Source: Selaginella moellendorffii (lineage: Eukaryota; Plantae; Lycopodiophyta). Taken from it: a stretch of DNA of 64,000 nt. Position 1 is the stretch's first letter, and every line of letters begins with the position of its first letter. Below the pieces are notes generated by a model, which was not told where the DNA came from, ran no database searches, and worked only from the letters and a program-made list of their open reading frames with translations. Below, piece by piece: positions 48,339-62,566 of the stretch. Location of the stretch: the NCBI RefSeq assembly GCF_000143415.4, contig NW_003314281.1:670833-734832 (forward strand), read 5' to 3'. The position numbers and the translations under genes are program-made.

Positions 48339-49836
48339 TCATATCACGTAGAATTCCAGACCTGCACCGTTCTTGTAAGCACCCTGGCAATCCGGGCACA
48401 CGAAGATGGCGTCCGGCCTCCGGATGAAGTAGTCGGAGCTGCTCTCACACCCGGGCCTGTTGCACTCGAGGCACTTTGGGAGGCGAAGCCAGCAGTCGGA
48501 GCAAAGCAGCCGCAGGCAGAAGGTTTCCTCGTAGTCCGTGTCATCTATGCACATCCCGCAGTCTTCGCAGCGGGAGATGCAAAAGATACAGCCCCGGCAC
48601 TGCGGAATCTTAAGTGCCTTCCAATCGCGGCACTTGTCCCTCGTGCAGTCGAACACGGCTCTCGGCTGCTTGCACCTCGGGCACGCCTCGACGTCGATAG
48701 CTCGCTCGTCTACGAAGCTCGTGGTGGCGTCGCCACACAAGTAGTAGTGTGGTTTCAGTGACTGCTGCTGCAGCTGCGACTCGTCGACACCAAGTAGCAT
48801 TTGTAGCCGCTCAAGGTTGTCCTTTGTCACACCGGAGAGGCCACGGATCTTGATCTGCTTCACCCCCAGCCCCTGGGATCTTCCCCGCTCGAGAAACTCC
48901 ACCATCCTGACGACAGCGTCCACGCTGATCCTGATGCAGCCAGGGAGAAGAATCTGGGAAAAAAGAAGTGTCAGCTAAGCTAGAAAACTCTGAAGAAAGT
49001 ATGAGACTCACCCTCGAGAGCATGGGATTGGACGCCACCACTTGCTCGATAGCCTCGTCCGAGATCCTCAAACACTCGACGAGCATGAGACTCTGGAGCC
49101 GTCCCTGGCTCCTGGCCGCGAGCTTGAGCAGAGCCTCGTCCGTCAACTTTGTGTTGAGCGAGTGATCGATCTTGAGGTGCTGCCACAGCAGCACGTCGCA
49201 AGACACCGCGTCTTTCAGGGACCGGCAGACTTGCTCCACGGACAGGAGGTCCTTGAGCAGCAAGTATGGCAGGACGTAGAATAAACCTTCGTGCGGAGAA
49301 GTCGGCACGGAGCCTTCGAAAGGACCCTCCTTTCCAAAACCATCCGTGCTCCACAAAGACGAAGTCCCCTGGGTGAAGTACGATGGTCCTGTTGCCTCAG
49401 CCTCACCGATCTTCTTGTCAAAAAACCCAGCTTTATCCGCGTCCTCCTCGAGCATTCTCAGCTCCTGGCTGAAACCTTTGAATCCCAGGCCGGACATGGT
49501 GGCGTCCCAGTACCCACCACCCTGCTGGATCGCCTCCAGCTCTCGCTTGGCCTGTTCCTTCCTCGAGTCCACACAGCATGGCTTCTTACAGCTCCCGGTG
49601 ATGGCCTCTTCCAGCTTCCGCCTCGCATTCTCCAAGAGGCACGAGAACATGTCGGATCGAAACACGGGATCCATGCTCTCGCACTCGCTGTTCTTGGCGG
49701 CGTTGGCAGCGAACAAAGTCTCCACGCACACCCTGGGAAAATCCAGTGACACCCAGATGGAATCGTCTGTGCTCTTCCACTGCCTCAGCTTGCCGGGCGA
49801 TTCATCTTCGCCCACTGCCTGGTTCCCAAAATCCAT
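48339..49836 (-). CDS. F-box protein, SKIP14/SKIP28-like; 2 exons
   Basis: PHEGLFYVLPYL..KDLLSVEQVCRSL F-box, LRR-like region, Cys-rich C-terminus (IDVEACPRC, CRGCIFCISRC). Confidence 0.88.
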
Positions 49837-50341
49837 CCAGTTATGCTCCTATCCTCTAGCGACTAAGATCTTCTCTCTCTCTCTTTTTAATCTTTTTCTC
49901 CTCTCAAAAAAAAAAAAAAAAGGAGATCTTCCTCTCTTCGAGCAGTCAAATTCTATCGCCCTCTCTCTTTTTCTTCTTTTTTCCTGCTAGCTACCGATTT
50001 CTAATCTAAACGACTGTGTGAGCTGCTGGACGGGATCTAGACGAACCTGCGAGGACGAAATCCTACCGAGGGATGTATTGACAGGAGGACCAGCGATTGC
50101 TGGGGCTTCGCGCTGGCCGAGAATGCGGCAGCACAGAGAGGATGTCGGTCGGATCGACGGACACGGAACTGCCAACGAACGTGCCCTCTGTGAACCCTAA
50201 CCCTAGAAAAACGCTAGCCCAAACTGACAGAATAACCTCAAGCATCTTTGACAGAATATGCCTGTCTAGCAAGGCCAATCAGGGCCGTTGATTTTGTGGC
50301 ATTGGATCGAGCGATTAGGGCAGGGAGGGAGGAAGGAGCGA

Positions 50342-50674
50342 ATGGCGAGGTCGAACGGCGGGCTGAGCTGGTCCGAGCAGTGGGGCGGATCGCGCAGCAG
50401 TGATGGCGTCGGCGCTGGCGGCAATGCCGGCGGCGGGCAATTCGGATCGTCGGGGCCCAAGAAATCCTCCTCCAAGAGCGGCGGCGGGAAGAAGATCGAG
50501 GACGCCATGGCCAAGGCCAAGGTGGTAGCGTCGGCCGGGGCGGAGAAGGCGCGCGTCGCGGCTGGGATTGGGGCTTCCAAGGCCAAGATTGGAGCGCTCA
50601 AGGTGAAATCCGGGGCCGTGACAGGGTTTAAGTGGGTCAAGGAGCAGTACAGCAAGAGGACGACGAAGAAGTAA
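50342..50674 (+). CDS. Small basic conserved plant protein of unknown function
   Basis: N-terminal SWSEQW and C-terminal KVKSGAVTGFKWVKEQY resemble a widespread plant family; GC-rich codons. Confidence 0.75.
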   Translation: MARSNGGLSWSEQWGGSRSSDGVGAGGNAGGGQFGSSGPKKSSSKSGGGKKIEDAMAKAKVVASAGAEKARVAAGIGASKAKIGALKVKSGAVTGFKWVKEQYSKRTTKK

Positions 50675-50856
50675 GCGCGAACGAGCGATCGATCGATCGA
50701 TTTCCATGGCGAGAGAGTGCGAGGGCAGTGTAATTTTTGTGTAAGATTGGTAGCGCCGCGTCGAGTGTAGAAAGAAAAAAGAATACAAGAATATACCATC
50801 TTGGAGTAAAAGGATTTAACCTAAGGCTCGGAGGAAAATATTTCGAGAGCAGAGCT

Positions 50857-52853
50857 ATGGCGACTGCCGGTAAGAGTGGATCCTACATTCGATCTGGGCG
50901 CTCACTCGATCCATCCAGCAGGTCCGCTGCTCAATGACATCAAGATCTCCGCCACGCCGGTGGCGGGATCGTTCAAGGCCAAGTTTATGGATGCTTATCA
51001 CCGGCTCAAGAAGGAGCTCATCACCGATTCCGAGAGCTTTTCCCACACTTTCGAGTCGAGAGAATGGGTGTCCAAGGTGCTTGATCTCTTTTTCCCAATG
51101 CCAGACTCACATAGCCGTGTCTTTGTACCAGATGCTCGACTATAATGTTCCAGGAGGTTTGTTTTGGTCTCAAATCTCTCTTTGTTATTGGATTTGGAAG
51201 CGAATCTCTGGAGCTTTTGCTGGCAGGGAAGCTGAATCGGGGGCTCTCCGTGGTGGATAGCTTGGTGTTGCTCAGATCTGGCGAGGAGCTCAGCGAAGAC
51301 GAGCTTTTCCTTGCGTTTGCTCTTGGATGGTGCATCGAATGGGTAGGCATTCTTGTTTAGAGACGTGTTAGAAACGAGTTTTAACATTTGCTTGCACAGC
51401 TCCAAGCGTATTTCCTGGTCTTAGATGATATCATGGATGATTCACACACGAGAAGGGGTCAGCCTTGTTGGTTTAGACAGCCAAAGGTAGCTCTTTTCAG
51501 TTCTCATCTTTGAATTCTTTTTCCTTCTGGACAGGTTGGCTTAATTGCTGCAAACGATGGCATTCTTCTCCGGAATCACATATCCCGTATTTTAACAAGG
51601 CATTTCCATGACAAGCCTTACTACCAGGATCTGCGAGAGCTATTTGATGAGGTATTATTATCTGTTCACTCTGGGAGGAATTCTAATTAGTTTTCTTTAA
51701 ATGTCAGGTGGAGTATCAGACTGCCTGTGGACAGATGCTCGATCTTATTACAACTCCACCCGGCGAAGTCGATTTGTCCAAATACGTAATGGACACGTAA
51801 GAAATCTCATTTCTCAAACCTTTGTCTTGACTTTGTTTTCCATGCAGCTATTTAAGAATTGTAAAATACAAGACAGCATATTATTCTTTCTATCTTCCAG
51901 TAAGTATTGCAACCTTGTTCTATGACAGCTTGACTGTGTTTCTGGTGCTTCACAGGTTGCATGTGCTCTGTACATGTCTGGAGAAGATGATAAATCCAAA
52001 TTTGAATCTGCTGAGAGAATCCTTGTGCAGATGGGAACTTACTTTCAAATACAGGTGTGCATACAACTTTGTTTTCCAATCCTTACTGACAGAAATTTGT
52101 TTACCAGGATGATTATTTAGATTGCTACGGCCATCCCGACGTTATTGGAAAAGTAAGTTCTCTTGCGATTTACCTTAGTTTTTGCAGGAGAAACCATTCC
52201 CCGGGGCATAGTGATTTGCGTTTTCCTTGGTGCTAAAGCTTTGGTCTCTTCTTTGGTCCTACTAATAATCCTTTGGATATTCAGGTTGGAACCGATATCG
52301 AGGATACCAAATGCTCGTGGCTTATTGTACAAGCGATAGCTCGTGCAATCCCCGAGCAGAAATCCCGACTTTACAATAACTATGGACGCAAAGATCCAGC
52401 GTGCGTCGCGGAGGTGAAGAAGGTGTACAATGAATTAAACCTCGAGGTAAGAACTTACTCTTCTTGCTGTTTTAGCATTCTTGTTCTTGAGTGCTTTTCT
52501 TGTGATGGATGCCAACTCTTGACAAGATTGTATTGGAATGCGACAGTGAATGCCCCTCGTTTGAGGCCTGGATAAGCTTCTTGGTCTCGTCCAGGCTAGA
52601 AACGGGGCTAGAGAAGAACTCTTTCGCTCTGTGACTGACCTCGAGTAAGCATTTTTCTCGTTGTGCTGCAGAAACTTTTCCTCGATTACGAAAGCGAGAG
52701 CTATGACAACTTCATGTCGATAATCGACGACGAGAAAAGCATTGAGCTACAGGTAACTTACATTGTACACTCCAATCCCTCTCATTCGTTTCGTTTCCAT
52801 TGCAGCAAGTCTTGAAGCTCTTCCTTTCCAAAATCTACAAGCGTCAAAAATAA
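50857..52853 (+). CDS. FPS: Farnesyl diphosphate synthase; multi-exon
   Basis: DYNVPG|[44 protein letters not shown]|[23 protein letters not shown]-stop. Confidence 0.95.
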
Positions 52854-53226
52854 AATCGCCCAGACAGTGATGACAAAACCTTTTTTTCCAAAGCTTTTAA
52901 TCCCAGCCGTTGGTTGTGTTCCACGAAAAGGGACGTGAACTCTATATATCTCTTGTTTTAGGGTTCTTGGTTAGGGTTGGCGATGTCTTCTCTTCAAATG
53001 GACGATGACAAATTCTCTAAATGCAAAGAAGCGATCCAAAGACTAATGGCGACGATCGAGAGCTTTGATGCCAATTGTGATTACGATTCGAATTCCGATA
53101 TGTATGAAGATTATGCGCAGTTCCTCAAATCATCATCCAAGATTACAGAAGAGATTATCAAAGTAGACTCTCGTAGGTGGTCAAAAACTTGTTGAAAAAG
53201 TCAAACTGTAAATAAAGATAGTCAAA

Positions 53227-53950
53227 TTGTGCCAAAGACTCATTCAATCTTGCAACACTCGCGAATCTCGATTCCACGCCACGATTCCTACCTTGCGATC
53301 TTGGGATCTGCCTACTTCCGCGCCAATCGCCTCCTCGACGCGGCCAAGATCTTCAATTCCATGCCCACCAGGCGCCTCGTTTCCTGGAACATCATGGTCT
53401 CGACGTGCTGGGCATCTAGATCGCGCGCGCGAGCTGTTTGACAAGATGCCGCTCCGCGATGTCATCGGCTGGAATTCGATGCTGGCGGCATTGGTCTGAT
53501 TCGAAGGGATGCCCGGGAAGTGCCTCGTCTAGTGGAACTTTGATGCTCTCCCTCTATCCAAACTGCGATCTCGCCCAGGCCAAAACGATGATCGATGAGA
53601 TGCCGCAGAGAAATGTGATATCGTGGACGATTGTGCTCGTCGCCCTTGCCAAGAGTGGATATATGCGAGAGGCAAAGGCAGTGTTTGCTTCCATACCTGT
53701 TCACGACCTCTTCGCTCTCAACGCGATGCTCGAAGCATATGCCCAAAATGGGCATTTTTGCACTAGGCGCTGAAGCTATGTTTCCAGTTTGAGGGACGTG
53801 AACACGATTCAGCGTTGGCATGAAATGGTGAGCTGGAAAACGCCACGTTGGTTTCTAGCGCCATGCCGGAGAGGGATTTTCTGTCGTGGACGTCCATGCT
53901 GGTCGCAGCACGGGCATTTGGAGGAAGCAAAGCAAATGTTTGATGGCCAA
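53227..53950 (+). pseudogene. Decayed copy of the 5' part of the PPR gene at 56304
   Basis: Near-identical DNA to ~56320-57220 with deletions, frameshifts and stops. Confidence 0.92.
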
Positions 53951-55869
53951 TGCAAGGAATTATGGCAAGGGTATAGGCCCCTGAGCGTGGATCCTACTGA
54001 CTTGGCATCTTGTGAATATTCCAGAATTGAAGATCCATGATGAAGATCATGAAGCATGACATTTTTTCCCACTATGTGTTCTCGGAAACACATGCCAGCC
54101 AACCATTTTTTAATGGTTGCAAAATCCATGTGGCTATTCATGCCATTTTGAGTTGGTTTCATCATTAAAAACATGTACATTTAACCATCGTGAAATGAGG
54201 GGTGATGATCACAATCGACAATCTTCCATGGATTCCATCATGAAAATGGAGCTTAGACCATGGGCAAGCAGGCATTGGATTTTGTTTCTCATGGTGTTGG
54301 TTCATATTTACGGTGTGTTGGACTTGCAAAAACTCAAAGTATTGGTGAATGGTTCAGAGAGGCACGGCAAAGTGCTAGGGTTTGTGGCATGACGGCACCG
54401 ATCTTCGGGGGAGATTATTCTTTCTCCCCAACATAGCCTTTCATAGGGTCTTGTGACATCACACCAGCTCCAGCTCGCAATGGAGTGCTTGAGAAAGTAC
54501 ATATTAGAGGCAGGATGGACCTGGATGGGTGGGATGGCAAAGATTCGCAAGGTCTCTGGAGGACTTCAGGTCTAAGTTCTCAACAAAAGGCATGAACAAT
54601 TTCTCGCTTAAACACTGCAACCATCTTGCCATTGCATTTGAATGCTAGGAAGAAAATAAAATCAAAACAAATTATAGTCACAGTTATACATCTTTATTAT
54701 GTACTTTACACGAAAAATATTTAATGATGTTTTTATTAACATTTATTAAAGTTTCAATAATAAATATTTTTTATAAATTTAAAAAGTTTTATCTTTAAGT
54801 TCTTTTGAACTTGGATGAACTATATGTTTTGCAAATAAAATTATAGTGATGATAAATTCAATGTAATAAATTTTAAAAGTATTTGCTATAAAACTAATTA
54901 AGAAATGCTAGAAATATTTCTAATGAAAGCTATAATCCTCTAAATTTATATCTTATTTATTATGTTAAAAATAAGAACGATCTGGTAATTTTTAATTTTA
55001 ATTTTTTAAAATCTAACTTATTATTGATTAGTATTATTATAAAATAACAATTAAAACCATTTGTCATTCACTTAGCAGGTCACTTAGTAGGTACTGTTGC
55101 ATTATATTTTTTTATTATCTAAGTTATAAGTAATAGTGACTCTATAGAAGGAAGAGAGTACAATAATCACATTTGACTTTGAAAAGTGTAATATAGATGA
55201 ATTTTACATAAGAGGTATAATATCACATGAAAATTCAGGAGCTGATGCTGAATGTTGGGTTGATGTATTAAATTTATCAACTGGGTTTGTAACACGATTT
55301 AATTTAGCATATTTAAACCCAGCGGTCTCATGCTACTTGGGGCACTTGTAAACAGTATATAAATGAATGAATGAATATAGAAACCTGGATAGAGAAGGAT
55401 AATTTAGTGCATGTGGAAAATAAATGTAACATCTAGTAATAAATAATTTGCTACATTTAGTAGCAACATTTAGTTTGCTTTATTACAATGTTTATATATC
55501 TTGTTCTAGTGCTAGAAATGAAACAAGCAAAAGGAGTGCTGAATTTTTTTATAAGAAAAAATATTAAGCTGGAGATATAGTGTTTTTCTATAACCCATAA
55601 CATCTTGCAAGATACTGCCAGCAACCTCTGTAATCAGATGTTTTTTGTTTTAAGTAGAAATTTAAGATCAATCTCGCTAGGCTTAGACCTTAACAAAGCT
55701 ATTAAGCTCTATCAATTTGTTAAAAACTCATCAAAGACGGAGTTTACAATGTACAGGAAGTCTTAAAAAGCAGAAATTCTCCTTGATAGTTAGCAAGATT
55801 CCCTTCATGGGGATCCTCTAGTTGAGATGGCAAAATTACTGATTCTTGCTGATTGGGCATTCCATTCTC

Positions 55870-56153
55870 GAGTGTTTTCCTTGTGATGGATAACAAGATT
55901 GTATTCAAATGCGACAGTGAATGCCCCTCATTTGAGCTTCTTGGTCTCGTCCAGGCTAGAAATGGGGCTACAAAAAATTATTTTTTCTTTGTGCTGCAGA
56001 AACTTTTCCTCGATTGTGAGCTATGAGTTATGACTCTTCATATCGACAATTCGTGAAGAAAAAACATTGATAAACTCTAATCTCTCTCTCTCGTTTCAAT
56101 CGCAGCAAGTCTTGAAGCTCATCCTTTCCAAAATTTACAAGCGTCATAAATAA
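55870..56153 (+). pseudogene. Decayed duplicate of the FPS 3' end
   Basis: Matches ~52490-52853, including intron sequence and the last exon, with deletions. Confidence 0.9.
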
Positions 56154-56303
56154 AATCACCCCAATTAACAGACAGTGATGATTTCTCTCAAATCTTCTAT
56201 TAGGGTTCTTGGGTAGTCAACAAGGTTTTGACCACCTACGAGAGTAAGAACGAAAGCTCTCGATAGGAACGCTTTCAAATCCAATCTAGATCATGGTGAG
56301 AGT

Positions 56304-58439
56304 ATGGAAAGGAAAGAGTGCCTTGGACTCATTCAATCTTGCAACACACTCCCACGCGCGCTGGAGCTGCGCTCGCGAATCTCGATTCCACGCCACGATT
56401 CCTTTCTCGCCAACAAGCTGATCGAGATGTTTGGGCGATGCGGGAGTGTGGATCACGCCCACGAGATCTTCGCAGGGATGGGCGCCGCCAGGGACGATTT
56501 CTCCTGGGATCTCATGCTCACTGCCTACTTCCACGCGAATCGCCTCCTCGACGCGGCCAAGATCTTCGATTCCATGCCCACCAGGCGCCTCGTCTCCTGG
56601 AACATCATGGTCTCTGCCTATGCCCGTGCTGGGCATCTAGATCGTGCGCGCGATCTCTTTGAGAAGATGCCACTCCGCGATGTCATCTGCTGGAATTCGA
56701 TGCTGGCGGCATTCGTCCGGGCCGGGAGCGTGGAGGATGCGAAGGAGCTCTTTGATCGGATGCCCGGGAAGTGGCTAGTGTCATGGAACTTGATGCTCTC
56801 GCTCTACGCAAACTGCGATCTCGCCCAGGCCAAAGCGATGATCGATGAAATGCCGCAGCGGAATGTGATTACCTGGACGATTGTGCTCGTCGCCTTTGCC
56901 AAGAGTGGAGATTTGCGAGAGGCCAAGGCAGTGTTTGATTCCATGCCTGTTCACGACCTCTTTGCTCTCAACGCAATGCTCGAAGCATATGCCCGAAACG
57001 GGCATTTGCACGAAGCGATGAGACTATTTTCCCAGTTTCAAGAGAGGGACTTGGTGACATGGAACACGATCCTTGCAGCGTTGGCACGAAATGGTGAGCT
57101 GGAAATTGCCACGTCTGTTTTTAGCGCCATGCCGGAGAGGGATTTGCTGTCGTGGACGTCCATGCTGGTCGTGTATGCCCAGCACGGGCATTTGGAGGAG
57201 GCAAAACAAATGTTTGATGGCATGCCTGAGACGGACATGGTGACGTGTACTGCCATGTTGGACGTGTATGCGAGGCATGGAGATGCCAGGGAGGCAAGAA
57301 AAGTCTTCGATGACATGCCACAAAGGGATATGGTGTCTTGGACAGCGATGCTGACTGTATATGCCCAGGCGGGGGACTTGCTGGCAACGAAGAAGTTGTA
57401 TGACGAGATGCCACGTCAGGATTACGTGTCGTGGACTTCCATGCTTGGAGCGTACACGAGGCATGGCAGCGTAGAAGAGGCTAAGGGCATGCGTGCTGAT
57501 GTGGCACAGGACGACTTGATTCTCGGCACAGCAATGCTGACTGGATATGCCCAGCAAGGGCATATTCTAGAAGCAAAGCGAATGTTTGATTCTATGCCTA
57601 GGAGGGACGTGGTATCCATAAACGCGATGCTATCGACTTATGTGCAGGGTGGCTGCTTAGAAGAGGCACGGGCATTGTTCGATTCGATGCCAGAGAGGAA
57701 TCTTATTACCTGGAATGCCATGATCCATGGATATACTCTAAGAGGGCATTTCCAAGATGCTATTTTCTTGTCATGTAAGATTCCTGAGCACTCACTTGTC
57801 TCGCGGACTTTGGTGCTCTCGGCATATGCCCAGAATGGGAATCTGACTGTAGCAGAAAAACTCTTCAATTCTATGCCAGAGAGGGACACAATATCTTGGA
57901 ATGTGATGCTTGCGGCGTATACACAAAACGCGCAAATCACCGAGGCCTCTCAACTCTTTGAAGCAATGGCGTTAATACACAACCCGGACGAGATCACACT
58001 CATCTGGGTGTTGATCTCGTCCAGCCATTACGGCAAAGCTTTCGCTGCTAGGACAAATTTCCGATCCATGATCAGCGATTTCCAAATGAAACCCACAAAG
58101 CTCCACTACTGCTGCATGGTCGACGTCCTCGGCCGTGCAGGGTATCTAAGAGACGCCAGTGATCTCATCGCAAAGATGCCTGTTCTTCCCGATTCCTTGG
58201 AATGGACGAGCTTGCTGGGAGCTTGCTTGAGTCACAACGATCTAGAATTGGGAGAGGTCGCCGCGAAGAAGGTGGCGGGTTTTAATCCCGGGGCTGTGAC
58301 GCCATACGTGCTCTTGGCAAGCATGTATAGGAGCCGGGGCCACATCCGCCGTCCATTCCCAACGGGCGGATGCGGTGGCAATCTCGCCGTCCAAACGAAC
58401 GGCTGGGATGCGTCTTTTTCCCACCGACAGGGTATTTAA
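56304..58439 (+). CDS. PLS-class PPR protein with E1-like C-terminus, no DYW
   Basis: 711-aa ORF of 31-aa repeats ending HYCCMVDVLGRAG...PYVLLASMY. Confidence 0.92.
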   Translation: MERKECLGLIQSCNTLPRALELRSRISIPRHDSFLANKLIEMFGRCGSVDHAHEIFAGMGAARDDFSWDLMLTAYFHANRLLDAAKIFDSMPTRRLVSWNIMVSAYARAGHLDRARDLFEKMPLRDVICWNSMLAAFVRAGSVEDAKELFDRMPGKWLVSWNLMLSLYANCDLAQAKAMIDEMPQRNVITWTIVLVAFAKSGDLREAKAVFDSMPVHDLFALNAMLEAYARNGHLHEAMRLFSQFQERDLVTWNTILAALARNGELEIATSVFSAMPERDLLSWTSMLVVYAQHGHLEEAKQMFDGMPETDMVTCTAMLDVYARHGDAREARKVFDDMPQRDMVSWTAMLTVYAQAGDLLATKKLYDEMPRQDYVSWTSMLGAYTRHGSVEEAKGMRADVAQDDLILGTAMLTGYAQQGHILEAKRMFDSMPRRDVVSINAMLSTYVQGGCLEEARALFDSMPERNLITWNAMIHGYTLRGHFQDAIFLSCKIPEHSLVSRTLVLSAYAQNGNLTVAEKLFNSMPERDTISWNVMLAAYTQNAQITEASQLFEAMALIHNPDEITLIWVLISSSHYGKAFAARTNFRSMISDFQMKPTKLHYCCMVDVLGRAGYLRDASDLIAKMPVLPDSLEWTSLLGACLSHNDLELGEVAAKKVAGFNPGAVTPYVLLASMYRSRGHIRRPFPTGGCGGNLAVQTNGWDASFSHRQGI

Positions 58440-58473
58440 GTTAGGGTCGACCTGAGGTTTCTTCTTGTAGTGA

Positions 58474-60097
<1,624 letters not shown>

Positions 60098-60267
60098 TGA
60101 CAATGGATTGACTATGTACATATTTTTCTACTGTGTACAGAGCTTATTTAAATTTAATATTATTGTTATCTATCAATTAGTAGGTAGTTAAAGCGGTTAA
60201 GCAAGTGCTTATAAAGTATCATCCTTCAAACAAAAATCATAGTCACAACTTGTTGTATGTCCGACGC

Positions 60268-62157
60268 TTAAAGTTTTTCACCCACCACCAGTGCTGTTAA
60301 GTCTGTGTCTGTGACAATCTACCATGAAACAACTGAATAAGATCTGGAAACCAAGCCAAGATAGTAGAAGTGTCACCTTCTTCTCGTGGGCCACTGCCTT
60401 GAACCTCATGAAAACTTCGCCTAACGCTTCCGTGTCGAGATTATATCCCAGCTGAAACAATTCCAAAACCATCTACTTTGTGATCCGAAAGAGACATCAG
60501 TACCTTTGTCAAACGTGCACTGAGGGCGTGCTTGCCGCTACAACACGAAAGAAGAAGAAGATGACAATGTATAAGATTCTAGAAACACAAACCTGTGCTT
60601 CCCGAGGACTATGTGTTCGGCGTGTGTTTGAACGAGCCCGATATCGCTTGGTGATAAAATCTCGTAAGTTGCCCGGTTCTTGAGAATACCATCCTGACCA
60701 AAACAATTTCCACGTAAAAACTAAAAAGGTTTCGAGATGACATACTTGGTGAACTCCACTTTCATGAACAAAAGCGTTGGCTCCAACGATGGCTTTGTTT
60801 GGCTGGACGAGCATTCCAGTGTAGTCTTCGACCTGGAGCATGGAAACCAGGCCACAGTGAGTTTCTTCCAAGAAACTTGGAGAGATCTTCATCAACTTTT
60901 AGACGCCACAAGTTCCTTCCAAGAAACTTGGAGAGAACTTGTCAAGCTCTCTTACCGCTTGACTTGTTGGATATATGTGCTTGGTTTCAATCCCCGTGTA
61001 AAGACCTTGCAAGAGTGGATCTCTACTGCGGCACTTCATCGCCATCACCACCTAAATCGATCACGAGTGTCGACCGACCAAATCAATCAAAGTCTAAGAG
61101 TTCCCCACGCATACCTCCTCGAGTGACGCGTTTCCAGCTCGCTCTCCAATGCCATTCATGGAAACTTCTAGCTGGCGAGCTCCCGCAAGCGCTGCCTTTA
61201 ATTCGATCCAAAACCCAAAGGAGTCTCAAACAAAACGTGGGAAACTCCGGAAAAATGGTTTTTACCGCAAGCGTGTTGGACGTGGCGAGGCCAAGATCAT
61301 TGTGGCAATGACAGGAAATGGTTACTCCCTCGATTCCCTGGGTCCCCTGTTTCACCCGATTGACGAGGCTGGCGATCTCGGATGGAAACAAGTACCCAAC
61401 AGTGTCTCCAATCCCAACGGAGGTAGCTCCGGCCTCGATCACGGCCTCGAAAATCTCGCACAGAAACTCTGGATCGGATCTGTGGAGGAAAGGATTGCAA
61501 TTCGATGTGATCGAAAGAGCATTTGAATGGAATTTACCTCCCAGAATCCTCGGCACCGAACTGGATGTCGTGGCAGCCCAGGGATTTGGCGTAGGCCACC
61601 ATCTCCGCGGCAGTGGCGAGAACTTGCGAGGGCGATTTGTTGAGCTTGTGCTTCATGTGGATGTCGCTGGTGGAAATGAAGGCCAGGATTCGCGGCTTGT
61701 GGGCGTATCGGATGGCCCTCCAAGCAGCATCAATGTCGGATTTGACACAGCGCGCGAGTCCGCAAATCACTGGCACGTGTTGTTCTTCGCCTTGACCTTC
61801 TTCGTCTCGACCACGATGCAGATCTTCGCCTTGTTTGTAGCTCCCGACCTGGCGAGCGATGAGCTCCACTGCCCGCGACTCCTGGGGCGATGTCGCGGGG
61901 AATCCCGCGTCGATCACGTCCACTCGCAGCCTGGCCAGGCGCTTGGCGATGTCGAGCTTCTGCTGGATGGAGAAGCACACTCCCGGAGATTGCTCGCCAT
62001 CTCTCAGGGTGGTGTCGAGGATCTGGACATAGTTTTGCGGCAGAGATTGTTGCTCGCGAGTCGAGTGTGCGCGGCCATTTGCGGAGCTCCTGATTAGAGG
62101 CTGGATCCCAGCTCTCCTCGACTGCCCAAGACTTGGTGCCGTGCCGCCAAGCATCAT
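60268..62157 (-). CDS. 2-isopropylmalate synthase-like enzyme lacking the C-terminal regulatory domain (MAM-like); 9 exons
   Basis: [62 protein letters not shown]; ends [16 protein letters not shown]-stop. Confidence 0.9.
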
Positions 62158-62523
62158 CGTGAATCTTCTCAAGGAATGTAAATACCTAAAGTAAAAGCAC
62201 GTCATGACAAACAATTTCCTGCTTTTTAAAGAGCGAGGTGACGTAGACGAGATAAATATTTCTTAGTTAAATGGTCTTCCCCTCTTATTTCTTCTCATGT
62301 TTCTGTTGCATGAGCAGCCATTTTGTGTGCTTCTTCATTTTAGATGCTTTTGTGGTTTGTGGCTGTCCGAGTCTGTGCACCACCCATTCTGGCCTCCCTC
62401 AGCCCAACTGAGAAGAGCCAATTGACCTTCGACGCGGAAGCTCTTCACTGGTCACGATCCTAGGCCCTCTTCTTTCGTTGCCAGGTCGTGTCATGGTATT
62501 AGTTGTTGCAATGACGGGACTGC

Positions 62524-62566
62524 ATTCTAGGAGGATTCTAGGAGGATTCTAGGAGGATTCTAGGAG
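62524..62566. repeat. 11-bp tandem repeat (ATTCTAGGAGG) x~4
   Basis: Directly visible. Confidence 0.9.

Noticed and set aside
52977-53195. 72-aa ORF between FPS and the PPR pseudogene
   Set aside because: No recognisable motif and absent from the duplicate copy; cannot be supported as a gene.
60860-60950. Short direct repeat TTCCAAGAAACTTGGAGAGA x2
   Set aside because: Intronic local duplication with no evident function; two copies are not a CRISPR-like array.
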